From the NCBI GenBank assembly GCA_963724325.1, contig CAVRUH010000004.1, positions 1 through 64,000 of the forward strand: a stretch of DNA of 64,000 nt, written 5' to 3'. The notes under the pieces were generated by a model that did no database searches, was not told the DNA's origin, and saw only the letters and a program-made list of their open reading frames with translations. Of the stretch, positions 36,704 through 47,708 are shown in pieces. The translations under genes and the position numbers were made by a program. This stretch comes from Waddliaceae bacterium (GTDB lineage: Bacteria; Chlamydiota; Chlamydiia; Chlamydiales; Waddliaceae). Positions within the stretch are counted from its first letter, which is position 1, and every line of letters starts with the position of its first letter.

Positions 36704-38470
36704 TTATTTTTCCCCGTACATCTCCTTGATGAGATGCTGGTACTTTTTGATGATGACATCCCTTTTTACTTTTAGCGTAGGAGTTAATGCACCATCATCA
36801 ATCGTCAATGGTTCCAGAACAAAACGATATTGTTGTATTTTCTCCCATTTATTAATATTGGAATTAACCAAATCAATAAGACTCCTAACCTCTTTCTTCA
36901 TTAGCTCAGTTTCCAAAAACTCTTGATCTGTAATATTCACATAATTAAGCTTCGCCTTCATCCTTCTCATAAAATTCAAATCGGGGAATAAAAGACAACT
37001 AGCAAACTTTTTTTTCTCTCCAATAACAACAGCTGCATAAATCAATGGAGACTCACATAAGGCATATTCAATCCGGGCAGGTATCAACCACTCACCCGTT
37101 GCCAATTTTACATGCTCCTTTATGCGACCAACAATTTTAAGATATCCTTCATCATTAAGCTCACCCTTATCCCCTGTATGCAACCAACCATCTTTATCTA
37201 AGGTTTCACCAGTTATCTCGGGATTCCTGAAGTATCCTCTCATCACTGTTGGCCCCTTCAACAACACTTCGCCGTCAGTACCAATTCTAATTTCTTCTTC
37301 CGGCAGCGGCAACCCCACATATCCAGGGATTAAGATAGTGCCGGGTCGATTAACAACGGCGGTTGAACCTTCCGTCAAACCCCATCCTTCGTATATGGGG
37401 AATTTGATACTGAGAAAAAATTCTGCTAATTTTGGATCTAAGGCGGCTCCGCCGCAAAATATAATGCGCCACTTTCCACCAAGAGACTTACGTAACTTAG
37501 AATATACAAAAAAGTCAGCAATAGGGAGTGCAAAATATCTCTGAAAAAAAGATTTTTCCATTGTATTTGCAAGATTTATAGCCCAATTGGATATCCTTAG
37601 TACAAATCCCTTCTGCTTTTCCATTGCAGCAAGAAATCCTGAATAGGTTTTCTCCAAAACCCTTGGGACGACGATCATCATGGTAGGCTGGAGCTCAGAA
37701 CAAACACTTGCAAACTGACTTAAATCATTAAGGTAGTATATGCTAACTCCCCATGCCATATTTATAAAATTGATCTGTCTAGAAAAAATATGAGCTAAAG
37801 GCAGGATACTAATATACTTATCCTTTGAGGCATCCGGTTTAAATATAGAATAATTTGCAAGGTGCATTAGATTTAAATGCGATAGCATGACCCCCTTGGG
37901 AACACCAGTACTTCCACTTGTATAAACAACAGTCATAATGTCATTAGGATTGTATCGCCCCATTAATTCATCAAATAGCTCAGGCTTATCGCGCCAAAGA
38001 TGCTCCCCAGCTTTTAATACCTCATGCAATTCCTTCGTTCCTCTAAATACTTCTCGATGGCTTAGCGTAATTACTTGGTCAAAAAGATTGCGATGCCTGC
38101 GATACATTTCCTGTTGTTCTGCGCCGTCTACAAAAAGATAGCGAATGCCAGTTTGAGCAACCTCATAGATGAAGTTTTCATCGGATATGTTTGCAAATAA
38201 TGGGACAGAAATCCCACCAGCCAATATGATAGCCAAATCGGCCATAGTCCAATAAGGAGATGGATTAGCCATAATCCCGACGTAATCTCCTTTCTTTACA
38301 CCTTGACTTATAAGACCATAGGTAAGTCTTTTAAGATTGTAAATAAACTCCTGAGTCGACAGATTGAGCCAAACCCCATTTTCATAGTAATTAAAGGCTG
38401 TGGGATTTGAATAGTTCTCTTCAATTTGCTTTATGATATCAGGGACTGTCTTGAAGTCAAACTTCTTCAT
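36704..38470 (-). CDS. long-chain fatty acid-CoA ligase (AMP-dependent)
   Basis: YTSGSTGVPKG, EGWGLTE, WLHTGD, LTPTLKVKR. Confidence 0.92.
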   Translation of the reverse strand: MKKFDFKTVPDIIKQIEENYSNPTAFNYYENGVWLNLSTQEFIYNLKRLTYGLISQGVKKGDYVGIMANPSPYWTMADLAIILAGGISVPLFANISDENFIYEVAQTGIRYLFVDGAEQQEMYRRHRNLFDQVITLSHREVFRGTKELHEVLKAGEHLWRDKPELFDELMGRYNPNDIMTVVYTSGSTGVPKGVMLSHLNLMHLANYSIFKPDASKDKYISILPLAHIFSRQINFINMAWGVSIYYLNDLSQFASVCSELQPTMMIVVPRVLEKTYSGFLAAMEKQKGFVLRISNWAINLANTMEKSFFQRYFALPIADFFVYSKLRKSLGGKWRIIFCGGAALDPKLAEFFLSIKFPIYEGWGLTEGSTAVVNRPGTILIPGYVGLPLPEEEIRIGTDGEVLLKGPTVMRGYFRNPEITGETLDKDGWLHTGDKGELNDEGYLKIVGRIKEHVKLATGEWLIPARIEYALCESPLIYAAVVIGEKKKFASCLLFPDLNFMRRMKAKLNYVNITDQEFLETELMKKEVRSLIDLVNSNINKWEKIQQYRFVLEPLTIDDGALTPTLKVKRDVIIKKYQHLIKEMYGEK

Positions 38471-38598
38471 CTATGCTCCAATTGAATCTTTATTAGCCTT
38501 ATAATTTATTTTTTATTTATGCGCAACCTCTTAAAAATATTTACTCGAATGTAAATTTATGTGTTGAAATATTTCCACACTTGTTTTTAGAATCAGGC

Positions 38599-39486
38599 AT
38601 GTTGAAAAAAATTGTCAATCGAACCCTCATGCCACTGCTAGTACTGCTCTCGACTGTTTTTATTCCAGTCGCTGCAGAACAACCAAAACCAGAAGGACTG
38701 CCCTTGTATTATTGGCAGCAGCCTCAATTTGTAAATTTTGGAGATTATCTTTCGTTAAAATTGGTCGAACGTATAGTTAATTGCCCAGTACATGTACATA
38801 GAAGAAATCCAAATATTAAAGTAAAAAAACTTCTGGCAATAGGATCACTAATGTCTTTTGCTTTAGATGAAGATGTCATTTGGGGAACCGGAGTTAATGG
38901 AAAACTCATGAATAAAACTGACTACAAATTCACTAATCTTGATATAAGGGCTATCAGAGGCCCTTTATCACGAAAATTTCTATTGGATCAGTTTGGGATA
39001 AATTGCCCAGAAATTTATGGAGACCCTGCATTGCTGGTCCCTTGCTTATTTCCAGAATTTGTTAAAAGTGAGACTCCAAAATATGACTATATCGTCATTA
39101 TTCACTACTCTGAATTGAATTTATTTCCGAAAACAGAGGATGGAAGAATTATCCACGCAACGGATCCTTGGGATGAAATAATCTCGAAAATAGTCGACAG
39201 TAAGTTTGTCATTTCGAGTTCCTTGCATGGCGTCATTGTTGCTGAGGCATTCGGCATTCCAGCACGCCTATTACGCGTCAGCGAAACGGAGCCTTTATTT
39301 AAGTTTCAGGACTATTATGCTGGGTCAGGAAGGGATCGTTTCGAGTATGCTGCATCTATCGAAGAAGCGCTCCAAATGGGAGGTGAACTTCCCATAAAAT
39401 GCGACTTACAGGCACTCTACAATGCATTTCCGTTTGATTATTGGCCAAATGCAACTTACACAAAACCAAATTGGGATATAGAATGA
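38599..39486 (+). CDS. polysaccharide pyruvyl-transferase family protein (ExoV-like) with signal peptide
   Basis: NFGD, AIGS, WGTG, AIRGPLS, GDPALL, SSSLHGVIVAEAFGIP, FKFQDYY. Confidence 0.85.
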   Translation: MLKKIVNRTLMPLLVLLSTVFIPVAAEQPKPEGLPLYYWQQPQFVNFGDYLSLKLVERIVNCPVHVHRRNPNIKVKKLLAIGSLMSFALDEDVIWGTGVNGKLMNKTDYKFTNLDIRAIRGPLSRKFLLDQFGINCPEIYGDPALLVPCLFPEFVKSETPKYDYIVIIHYSELNLFPKTEDGRIIHATDPWDEIISKIVDSKFVISSSLHGVIVAEAFGIPARLLRVSETEPLFKFQDYYAGSGRDRFEYAASIEEALQMGGELPIKCDLQALYNAFPFDYWPNATYTKPNWDIE

Positions 39487-40502
39487 AGTTCTTTGTATTA
39501 TGTTTACTTTACCCTTGCTTGTTGACAGCAGGGCTTATTGATCTTGAAGATATGACCCAAGACTTTGTCCTGGAAACCAAGAAAATAGACATTCCTGAAT
39601 ACCCTACAGCCTTTAACCCTTCCATTATGCGTTGGAATGATTCTTTCCTGCTGATCTTCCGTATTCATGATCCTGAAACAAATGATACAAGTCAAAGTGC
39701 CTATGTCTGGCTTGACCAGGATTTTAATCTCTGCAGCCCTGCGCGGCCCCTTGAAATCCTATTTAGTGTACCGCAACAATACTCAAAGATACAGGATCCA
39801 CGCATTCTTTCGGTGAATAACGAACATTTCATAGTTTTTAATAATCAGGTAGGCATGTCCGCAACAAAAGAAATCCGCAGAATGTTTGCAGCAAAACTCA
39901 GATTTGATTCCGATAGACTCTATACTTTAGAACCTGAATTTCTAAAACACTTCCATGTGCCTGTTGAAAGCGTTCAGGAGAAAAACTGGGCTCCTTTTGA
40001 GCATCATGGAGAGTTAATTTTATCTCATACAATCAATCCTCACATAACTTTAAAGCCTGTTTTAGGAACAGAATGCTGTCTGACAATGGGTTTGACTGAA
40101 GCCGAAATTGATTGGGATTGGGGGGCGCTGCGAGGTGGAACCCCTGCACTTCTTGTAGACGAAGAATATTTAGCCTTTTTTCACTCGTCAAAATTAATGG
40201 CAACGACACATTCGAATGGTAAAGGAATCACTCATTATTTTATGGGAGCCTATACGTTTAAAAATACACCTCCATTTCAATTAACGGCAATTAGTCCAGA
40301 ACCTATAGTCGGAAAGAATTTTTATAATGGACCCGCATATAATACTTGGAAGCCTCTTCGAGTTGTATTCCCCTGCGGCTTTGTATTTGACGAAAATTAC
40401 ATATGGGTTTCTTACGGGCGTCAAGACCATGAAATTTGGATCGTCAAACTCGACAAAAAAGGACTTCTTGAAAGCCTTAATCCTGTGATATCCAAACCAT
40501 GA
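39483..40502 (+). CDS. secreted five-bladed beta-propeller glycoside-active protein (GH130/beta-mannosyltransferase-like), paralog 1
   Basis: AFNPSI, QDPR, EKNWAPF, LRGGTP, VVFPCG, SYGRQD; start moved to the ATGA overlap. Confidence 0.65.
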   Translation: MKFFVLCLLYPCLLTAGLIDLEDMTQDFVLETKKIDIPEYPTAFNPSIMRWNDSFLLIFRIHDPETNDTSQSAYVWLDQDFNLCSPARPLEILFSVPQQYSKIQDPRILSVNNEHFIVFNNQVGMSATKEIRRMFAAKLRFDSDRLYTLEPEFLKHFHVPVESVQEKNWAPFEHHGELILSHTINPHITLKPVLGTECCLTMGLTEAEIDWDWGALRGGTPALLVDEEYLAFFHSSKLMATTHSNGKGITHYFMGAYTFKNTPPFQLTAISPEPIVGKNFYNGPAYNTWKPLRVVFPCGFVFDENYIWVSYGRQDHEIWIVKLDKKGLLESLNPVISKP

Positions 40503-41509
40503 AAAAATTTATTTTGACTCTATTATTACACACGTCACTATATGGATCGATAGACCTCGATGAACTGGCTCAAGACTTCGTATTAGAGACCAAGAAAATA
40601 GAAATACCCGGATACCCGCATGCATTCAACCCTTCAATCATACCCTTTCAGGATGGCTTTTTGATGACTTTTAGGGTCATACTAAATCCATCCTATGTCT
40701 TCATCTCACATATCGGCATTCTCCGCCTAGACCATGCATTTAATCCAATAGGCACCCCGCAACTTTTTGATTTCCGCGAATCCTCCCCCGTTCCCTCACG
40801 TGCCGAAGATGCCCGGTTAATCTACATTGGTAGTAGACTATGGATGGTCTATACCGACAATCCTGATGTAGTTCTTACCAAAGGGGGATTCAGAGTTTTT
40901 CTTACTGAGATCACCTACGACGGATTATTTTTCAATCTACAGCATATTGAAAAACTCTCAAATTTTGAGGGAGAAACACCCACGAAACGAGAAAAGAACT
41001 GGGTGCCCTTTGATTACAATGGTGAGATGCTTCTCTCCTATAGCCTAAGCCCCCATATTGTTTTCAAACCTCATCTGGGAACAGATAGTTGCGAAACTGT
41101 TGTAATGACACAAAAAGATATTCCATGGAATTGGGGCGATTTGCGTGGCGGCACCACAGGTCTTAAAATCAATGATACAGAGTATTTATCTTTTTTCCAT
41201 TCCTCTATTCCAATGGAGTCGGTTCATTCAAATGGCGTAACAATGCCCCATTATTTTATGGCAGCCTACACATTTTCGTCCGAATATCCCTTTGAAATTA
41301 CTAGCATAAGTCCTGAACCCATTTTCGGAACGAATTTTTATCACGGAGCCGAATACCAGCGTTACTGGGGATCGATTAGGTGCGTCTTTCCTTGCGGACA
41401 TATTGTAGATGGCGATTACATTTGGATTTCCTACGGACGCCAAGATCACGAAGTCTGGATCGTAAAACTCGACAAGCAAGGACTGCTCAACAGTCTTAAC
41501 AGGCTCTAA
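40499..41509 (+). CDS. secreted five-bladed beta-propeller glycoside-active protein, paralog 2
   Basis: AFNPSI, EDAR, EKNWVPF, LRGGT, VFPCG, SYGRQD. Confidence 0.65.
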   Translation: MKKFILTLLLHTSLYGSIDLDELAQDFVLETKKIEIPGYPHAFNPSIIPFQDGFLMTFRVILNPSYVFISHIGILRLDHAFNPIGTPQLFDFRESSPVPSRAEDARLIYIGSRLWMVYTDNPDVVLTKGGFRVFLTEITYDGLFFNLQHIEKLSNFEGETPTKREKNWVPFDYNGEMLLSYSLSPHIVFKPHLGTDSCETVVMTQKDIPWNWGDLRGGTTGLKINDTEYLSFFHSSIPMESVHSNGVTMPHYFMAAYTFSSEYPFEITSISPEPIFGTNFYHGAEYQRYWGSIRCVFPCGHIVDGDYIWISYGRQDHEVWIVKLDKQGLLNSLNRL

Positions 41510-41531
41510 GAATCTGGCAGGCAAAAATCGT

Positions 41532-41675
41532 ATTTCAAAAAACTTTTTACAACGCAAAGGAGCAAAAGGCGCAAAGGAAGAAAGGGAAATGGTTTTACCA
41601 ATAATAATGATCTATTTCCTCCTTTGCGCCTTCGCGCCTTTTGCTCCTTTGCGTTGTAAAAAGTTTTGTGAATTG
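41532..41675. repeat. REP/MITE-like palindromic element, family A copy 2
   Basis: Same arms as 28263-28463 with a shorter spacer. Confidence 0.88.
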
Positions 41676-41679
41676 TTAT

Positions 41680-42594
41680 CTAGGATGTGCTTCTTCCTAT
41701 AGTCTCTGAGAGGGCCTCGTCGAGGCTGGGATGCTTAAAAGCATAATGTGAGTTAAGGAGTACATCTGGGGATACCCTGGTGCTCGCTAATAAGAGCTCA
41801 TCAGCCATTTCACCCAGCATCAAACGAGCAAAAAATGCAGGCAAAGGAAATATCGTAGGACGATGCAAAACCTTTCCATACGTCTTTGTGAAAGTATAAT
41901 TCGTTACAGCTTCAGGTGCCACCACATTAACAGGTCCTTGTACAATCTCTTTTTCCATAACATGCAGAATAATTCCTACAACATCATCAAGATGAATCCA
42001 TGACATATATTGCTTGCCGGATCCAATTATTCCACCCAAACCTAGCCTGAAGGGGATCAACATTTTTTGCAATGCTCCCCCTTTCGATGAAAGAACCATT
42101 CCTGTTCTTAACTTGATAACTCTAATTCCCCGCACTTCAGCTGCTTCCGTCGCCCCCTCCCATTCTTGACACACCTTAGAGAGAAAACCTTCACCAGGAG
42201 GACTTCCTTCGTGAAGCACTTCATCATCTCGATTGCCATAATAACCAATGGCCGAAGCATTAATTAGAAGCTTTGGCGGCTTATCCAAATGAGCAATAAG
42301 TTCAGATAACATCCTCGTCCCCAAAACGCGACTATCCCTGATTTTTCTCTTCTTATCAGGGGTCCATCTTCCAGAGGCAATGTTCTCTCCAGCGAGATTG
42401 ATCAATGCATCATAACCTTCGAATTTTTTCGGGTCTACTTCAACATGTTGTGGATCCCAACAAAGACAACCCTTCAACATAGGATCGTTGGTACGAACAA
42501 GTCTGACGACTTCATGTTCGTTTTCTTCCAAAGCTCTAACAAGCGCCAACCCAATTAAACCCGAAGATCCTGAAATGAGAACTTTCATGAACAT
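41680..42594 (-). CDS. TIGR01777 family NAD-dependent epimerase/oxidoreductase
   Basis: ISGSSGLIG, INLAGENI, SAIGYYG, GKQYMSWIH. Confidence 0.92.
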   Translation of the reverse strand: MFMKVLISGSSGLIGLALVRALEENEHEVVRLVRTNDPMLKGCLCWDPQHVEVDPKKFEGYDALINLAGENIASGRWTPDKKRKIRDSRVLGTRMLSELIAHLDKPPKLLINASAIGYYGNRDDEVLHEGSPPGEGFLSKVCQEWEGATEAAEVRGIRVIKLRTGMVLSSKGGALQKMLIPFRLGLGGIIGSGKQYMSWIHLDDVVGIILHVMEKEIVQGPVNVVAPEAVTNYTFTKTYGKVLHRPTIFPLPAFFARLMLGEMADELLLASTRVSPDVLLNSHYAFKHPSLDEALSETIGRSTS

Positions 42595-42603
42595 CCTTTT
42601 TCT

Positions 42604-44346
42604 TCAATATGCCACTGGGGAATTTAAAAATCCATAGTTTATGACGCCCCCATGAGCCTTCACATAATTGTGAAGCTGAGCCGGATGTTGTAGGTTGAAA
42701 TCCTCATAGAATGTACTATTAAATAGTGACCTATCACCTTTGTCTGTTCTATATTTCCTAAAGGCTCCTAACAAAAACCCTAAAATTTTAAAGACAATTT
42801 TCTGAATTGCCTCAGTTCTGCGACTCAACCACGCAAATATTTGCTTTAATGGAGTGTCTTGCGGCGTCGCTTTATTTGCAGGAGATAGGAAATATTCAGG
42901 ACAATCATCGCCAAGAACCTCTTTCATCACACTTTGAGGCCAATAAGCACAATTTTCTGCACTTAGTTGGAAAATAATTTGATTGCTCCACCCTTTTTGA
43001 ATATCGTCTCTAATAGTACACATTAATTTTTTTCCTTGATCGTCGGTAAGGATTTCAGATACTTTAGCATGAATCCTATGTGCATAAACGGCATTTTCAT
43101 CAAAACAAGTAATTCTCCCCTTAAGGGTATTTCCAATTACAGATATCTGCTGCCATTTGTTTCGAGGATAGCGATGAGCAAACTTACCGAAGGTATGAAT
43201 GCTCCATTTGCCATTTCCATCAGGAATAGCAACACTCAAAAAGCCGTGGCTCTTGTTGAAATCCATTCCATGGCTTTCCTTTGTGGCACGCACGATGGCA
43301 ACCCATTGATTATTTCTAAGACTCTGAAGGTTTAGACTTTTCTTCATTTGTGAGCGATTTAGTTTTTCAGGCTCAGGAAGCTGCTTCCAAAACTCATCAT
43401 TTAAAATGATCCGTTGATGTTTAACGACTTTGCCGAGACCTCCAATTCTTGGTCCCAATTTGTGTACATTGAAATTAGTAATTCCATTTTTCGCACAATA
43501 TTCGAAATCGCCGCATTCATACTTCTTCTGTTTAAACACCTGAAATACTTCATTAATAGTAGCTTTGTAGCCTAATCGAAAATTTATATCAGTATTACCA
43601 CTGCCGTCTAATATGCTAAATCTTTTCGACTTTACTTTTCCATTCTTTTCAACTTCAAAGGGAAGGGTCAAATCATCATCGCCTTCGACCTTAAGTGACG
43701 TTGAGGCAAAATATCCGGTACGGAGTGACAACAAACACTTATTTATCTTAAAGCATGTAGCTGGAAATTTTACAAATGCCTCAATGCTATTGTTTTCTCT
43801 TAACGCCCACTTAAAAAATCTTGTTTGCAAATCGGAATTTTCCTTTAACTCCTTTACAAACTTAGGATAATCATTCAGTTGATCAAGCTTGTCTATTTCG
43901 CTTTGTGTAAGTTCTTTATCCTCGTATAATTCTTCTTCTTTCCATGCTTTTGCCAATTCATGCACCTGTTCAATGTCAACCTCATCTGTATCAGCATTAT
44001 CTTTTGGGATATCCTTCTCTCTATACTTGATTCCCAGAATGCGAACACCTAATTGACTCAAAGTTTCTTGCGCCTTTTTTGACTTTATTTTAGACAATTC
44101 TTGTTGTATGGCTTCAAAAACTTTCGTTTTACAAGTGCCTTTAGTACCTTCGAGATTATCAATAAACTGGATGCACATCTTTGCTAAATTTTCTATCACA
44201 CCTTCACGTCGAAATATCACTCGTACGAGTCTTTCTTTGAAACCTTCAACAGACAGTTTACCCTGTCTATCCATAACGAGACCATCGTTGTTTTTAACGT
44301 AATCCTCGTAATTCTGAAGGGCTGTTGGAATTTGTTTAACACTCAT
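42604..44346 (-). CDS. hypothetical protein (candidate effector) with possible permuted NlpC/P60 papain-like C-terminal domain
   Basis: SHGFLSV...IHTFG...FQLSAENCAYW; start moved to MSVKQ (AGGAG RBS). Confidence 0.55.
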   Translation of the reverse strand: MSVKQIPTALQNYEDYVKNNDGLVMDRQGKLSVEGFKERLVRVIFRREGVIENLAKMCIQFIDNLEGTKGTCKTKVFEAIQQELSKIKSKKAQETLSQLGVRILGIKYREKDIPKDNADTDEVDIEQVHELAKAWKEEELYEDKELTQSEIDKLDQLNDYPKFVKELKENSDLQTRFFKWALRENNSIEAFVKFPATCFKINKCLLSLRTGYFASTSLKVEGDDDLTLPFEVEKNGKVKSKRFSILDGSGNTDINFRLGYKATINEVFQVFKQKKYECGDFEYCAKNGITNFNVHKLGPRIGGLGKVVKHQRIILNDEFWKQLPEPEKLNRSQMKKSLNLQSLRNNQWVAIVRATKESHGMDFNKSHGFLSVAIPDGNGKWSIHTFGKFAHRYPRNKWQQISVIGNTLKGRITCFDENAVYAHRIHAKVSEILTDDQGKKLMCTIRDDIQKGWSNQIIFQLSAENCAYWPQSVMKEVLGDDCPEYFLSPANKATPQDTPLKQIFAWLSRRTEAIQKIVFKILGFLLGAFRKYRTDKGDRSLFNSTFYEDFNLQHPAQLHNYVKAHGGVINYGFLNSPVAY

Positions 44347-44418
44347 GATCACTCCTATCTTGCAGGTTTTTACGAAACATTGTATCATAACGATACAATT
44401 TACGGGGAATTAAAAAAA

Positions 44419-44718
44419 ATGGGAAAACTCGACAAGTCTCAAATTAAGTATTTAACACAGCTCTGCAGAATAAATTGCAACGAGTCCGAACAGGAACAAC
44501 TCCTTAAAGACTTAGACGGCATTCTCAAATATATGGAACAATTAAATGAAATCGACACAACAAATATCGCTCCATGCCATCACGTACTCGAAGACATCGT
44601 CAATGTATTCCGCGAAGATGAGGTAGGTGAAACAATGCCGCGTGAAGTTTTTCTCGCAAATGCACCATCGCATACCGGCGGCATGATCCGCGTGCCTACT
44701 GTCATAAAACAAAATTAA
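44419..44718 (+). CDS. gatC: Asp/Glu-tRNA amidotransferase subunit C
   Basis: QLNEIDT, NVFREDE, ANAP, IRVPTVI; precedes gatA. Confidence 0.92.
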   Translation: MGKLDKSQIKYLTQLCRINCNESEQEQLLKDLDGILKYMEQLNEIDTTNIAPCHHVLEDIVNVFREDEVGETMPREVFLANAPSHTGGMIRVPTVIKQN

Positions 44719-44735
44719 AAAAGGAAATCGATCCA

Positions 44736-46196
44736 ATGCACCATCTCACAGCTATCGAACTCCGCGATAAATTTATCAAAGGGGACCTTACAGCAACCCA
44801 AATAACGGCTCATTTTCTTGCTCGCATAGAAAAATACAATAAGCAAGTCGGAGCTTTCCTGACAGTCTTCAATGAAAAAGCGATGAAAAAAGCAAAGGAA
44901 TTAGACGAAAAACGGGCTGTCGGCAAACCACTCGGAAAATTGGCCGGAATCCCGATCGCCATAAAAGATAATATCCATGTCAAAGGGGAAATCTCCACCT
45001 GTGCCTCAAAATTTCTTACAAATTACCGCGCTCCTTTTGAAGCCACTGTCGTCAACCTCATCGAAGATGAAGATGCCATCATCATCGGAAAAACAAACCT
45101 CGATGAATTCGCCATGGGCTCTTCCACTGAGAATTCAGCTCTCCAAAAGACCCATAACCCTTGGAATCTCAAACGTACTCCAGGAGGTTCTTCAGGGGGT
45201 TCTGCAGCAGCCGTGGCAGCGCGCCTCTGCCTCTTAGCTTTAGGCAGCGATACCGGCGGATCGATCAGGCAGCCTGCTGCACTTTGCGGTCTTTCGGCTT
45301 CAAGCCTACCTATGGAAGCGTTTCACGCTATGGCTTGTGGCCTTTGGATCATCACTGGATCAAATCGGCCCGCTCGCAACCAACACAGCCGACATCGGCC
45401 TCATGATGGAAGTGCATCGGTCAGCATTGCGAACACGATTCCACCAGCCTCCCAACTCCCGCCGATAAATATGTCTTTTAATAAGAAGCATAAAGGGTTA
45501 AAAATCGGAGTGCCCTGGCAATTTTTAAAAGATCTCGCACCAGAACCCGCAAAAATCTTCAATAATGCAATCAAAAAGTCTCAAAGAACTTGGAGCAGAA
45601 ATTGTCGATATCGACCTAAGCATCCTAAAATATTCGATTGCAGTCTATTACATTCTTGCTACAGCCGAAGCCTCCACCAACCTGGCCCGCTTCGACGGCA
45701 TCCGCTACGGCATCCGCTCGCAGCAAGCCCAGACACTTGAAGAAGTATACGACTTCTCCAAAAGAAGAGGGATTTGGCCCTGAAGTCAAACGGCGCATCC
45801 TGCTCGGAACATTTGTGCTCTCCTCCGGATACCAAGATGCCTATTACAAAAAAGCACAAAAAATCCGGACGCTCATGATCGAAGCAATACAAAGAGGCAT
45901 TCAAAAAATGCGATGTTGTCGCCACGCCCGTCTCCCCCTTCGCTGCTTTTGAAATCGGATCGATCAAAGACCCCCTCCAGATGTACCTGGAAGATATTTA
46001 TACCATATCGCGTCAATCTGGCCGGCATCCCCGCCATCAGCGTTCCTGACGGATTCACCAACAGAAACAAGCCATTTGGACTTGCAGCTTCATCGGACCC
46101 CAAAAGGGCGATGTAAACAGTTTTAGCAAGTTGCCAACGCCTTTGAACAGGCGACAGACATTCCACAGAAATCTGCCAAGAGGTTTGTGAAAATGA
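44736..46196 (+). CDS. gatA: Asp/Glu-tRNA amidotransferase subunit A, broken by multiple frameshifts (likely sequence errors)
   Basis: [35 protein letters not shown]; later motifs ([37 protein letters not shown]) fall in other frames; 3' end approximate. Confidence 0.9.
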
Positions 46197-47670
46197 ACCG
46201 TGCACACATGGGAAACAGATTATCGGCCTAGAAATACACGCCGAGCTAAATACTAAATCCAAATTGTTCAGTGTCGCTCCCAACCGTTTTGGCGATGAAC
46301 CGAACACAAATATCACAGAAGTGTGCACAGGCAGCCCGGAAGCCTTCCAGTGCTCAATAAAGAGGCTGTTCGAAAAGCCGTTCAATTCGGCTGCGCAATC
46401 AATGCGAAAGGTTTGCAAATTCAGCAAATTCGATCGCAAATCTTACTTTTATCCGGATAGCCCGCGAAATTTCCAAATCACACAATTTGAAAATCCAATC
46501 GTCATCGGGGGCACCGTCATCGCCGAAGTAGAAGGACGCGAAATGTCTTTCGCCGTCAACCGAGTCCATATTGAAGACGATGCTGGCATGCTCAAACACT
46601 TCTCAAATTTTGCCGGAGTCGACTATAACCGCGCCGGAGTCCCCTTGATTGAAATCGTCTCAGAGCCATGCATCCACACTTCACAAGAAGCCGTTGCCTA
46701 TGCCATGGCAGTGAAAGCAATTTTGCAATACATCGATGCTTCTGACTGCAATATGGAAGAAGGATCACTCCGCTTCGACGCAAACATTTCAGTGCGAAAA
46801 GAGGAGAAAAGGGTTTCCGAAATAAGAGCTGAAATCAAAAATATGAACTCATTCAGTTTCCTCGGCCTCGCCATTGAATCCGAAGTGAAGAGACAAATTC
46901 GCCTCTACAGAGAAAATCCACATGTACCCCCTCTCGAACTCATCAAACAAGCGACCTACCGTTGGGATCCCGATAAAAAAGAAGTCATTTTAATGCGTCG
47001 CAAAGAATATGCAGACGATTATCGCTACTTCCCCGAACCCGATCTTGTGCCTATCATCCTCACAGACAAATATATCGAAGACATCGCCAAAGCGCTCCCG
47101 GAATTACCGCTCGAAAGAGAACGCCGGTACGTGAAAGAGCTAAACCTCTCAGGTGACAGCTCCTTCATCCTCACTAGCGATAAGCCCCTCGCCGATTATT
47201 TTGAGGTAGCACTGAAGTCGGGAGCCAACCCCAAAAACCTGTGCAACTGGCTCATTGTAGAATTTGCCGGAAGGTATAAAGAAAGCGGAAAATCCATTGT
47301 TAACAGCGGAATTACTGCAGAACAGGTCGGTAAACTAGTAAAAATGATAGACAGCGGTACCATCACAGGTCGCATCGCCAAAACCGTAGCAGACGACATG
47401 GTCGCCCACCCCGGCAAAGATCCCGAACTTATTGTTTCACAAAACCCTGACTATCAACCTCTTCATAATACAGAAGAAATCGAAAAACACGTAGATCAAG
47501 TCCTCTCCGAAAACAAACAATCTGTTATTGATTATAAGGCCGGCAGAGATAAAGCCTTTGCCTTCCTCGTAGGACAGGTGATGAAACTGACCCGTGGGAC
47601 AGCCTCCCCCGCAGTCGTCAACGAATTGCTCAGAGATAAAATAAAAAACTTTAACAATGATAAGATATAA
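46193..47670 (+). CDS. gatB: Asp/Glu-tRNA amidotransferase subunit B, with frameshifted segments
   Basis: IGLEIHAEL, FDRKSYFYPD, HIEDDAG, EIKNMNS, YRYFPEPDL; PGSLPVLNKEAV is out of frame. Confidence 0.93.
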
Positions 47671-47708
47671 GAGACTACATTGTTATTAGCACGTTTACAA
47701 AAAAAAAA

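Noticed and set aside
44736..46196. Programmed frameshifting or a true gatA pseudogene
   Set aside because: Too many indels in one short stretch, some mutually compensating, in an essential operon; sequence error is more parsimonious.
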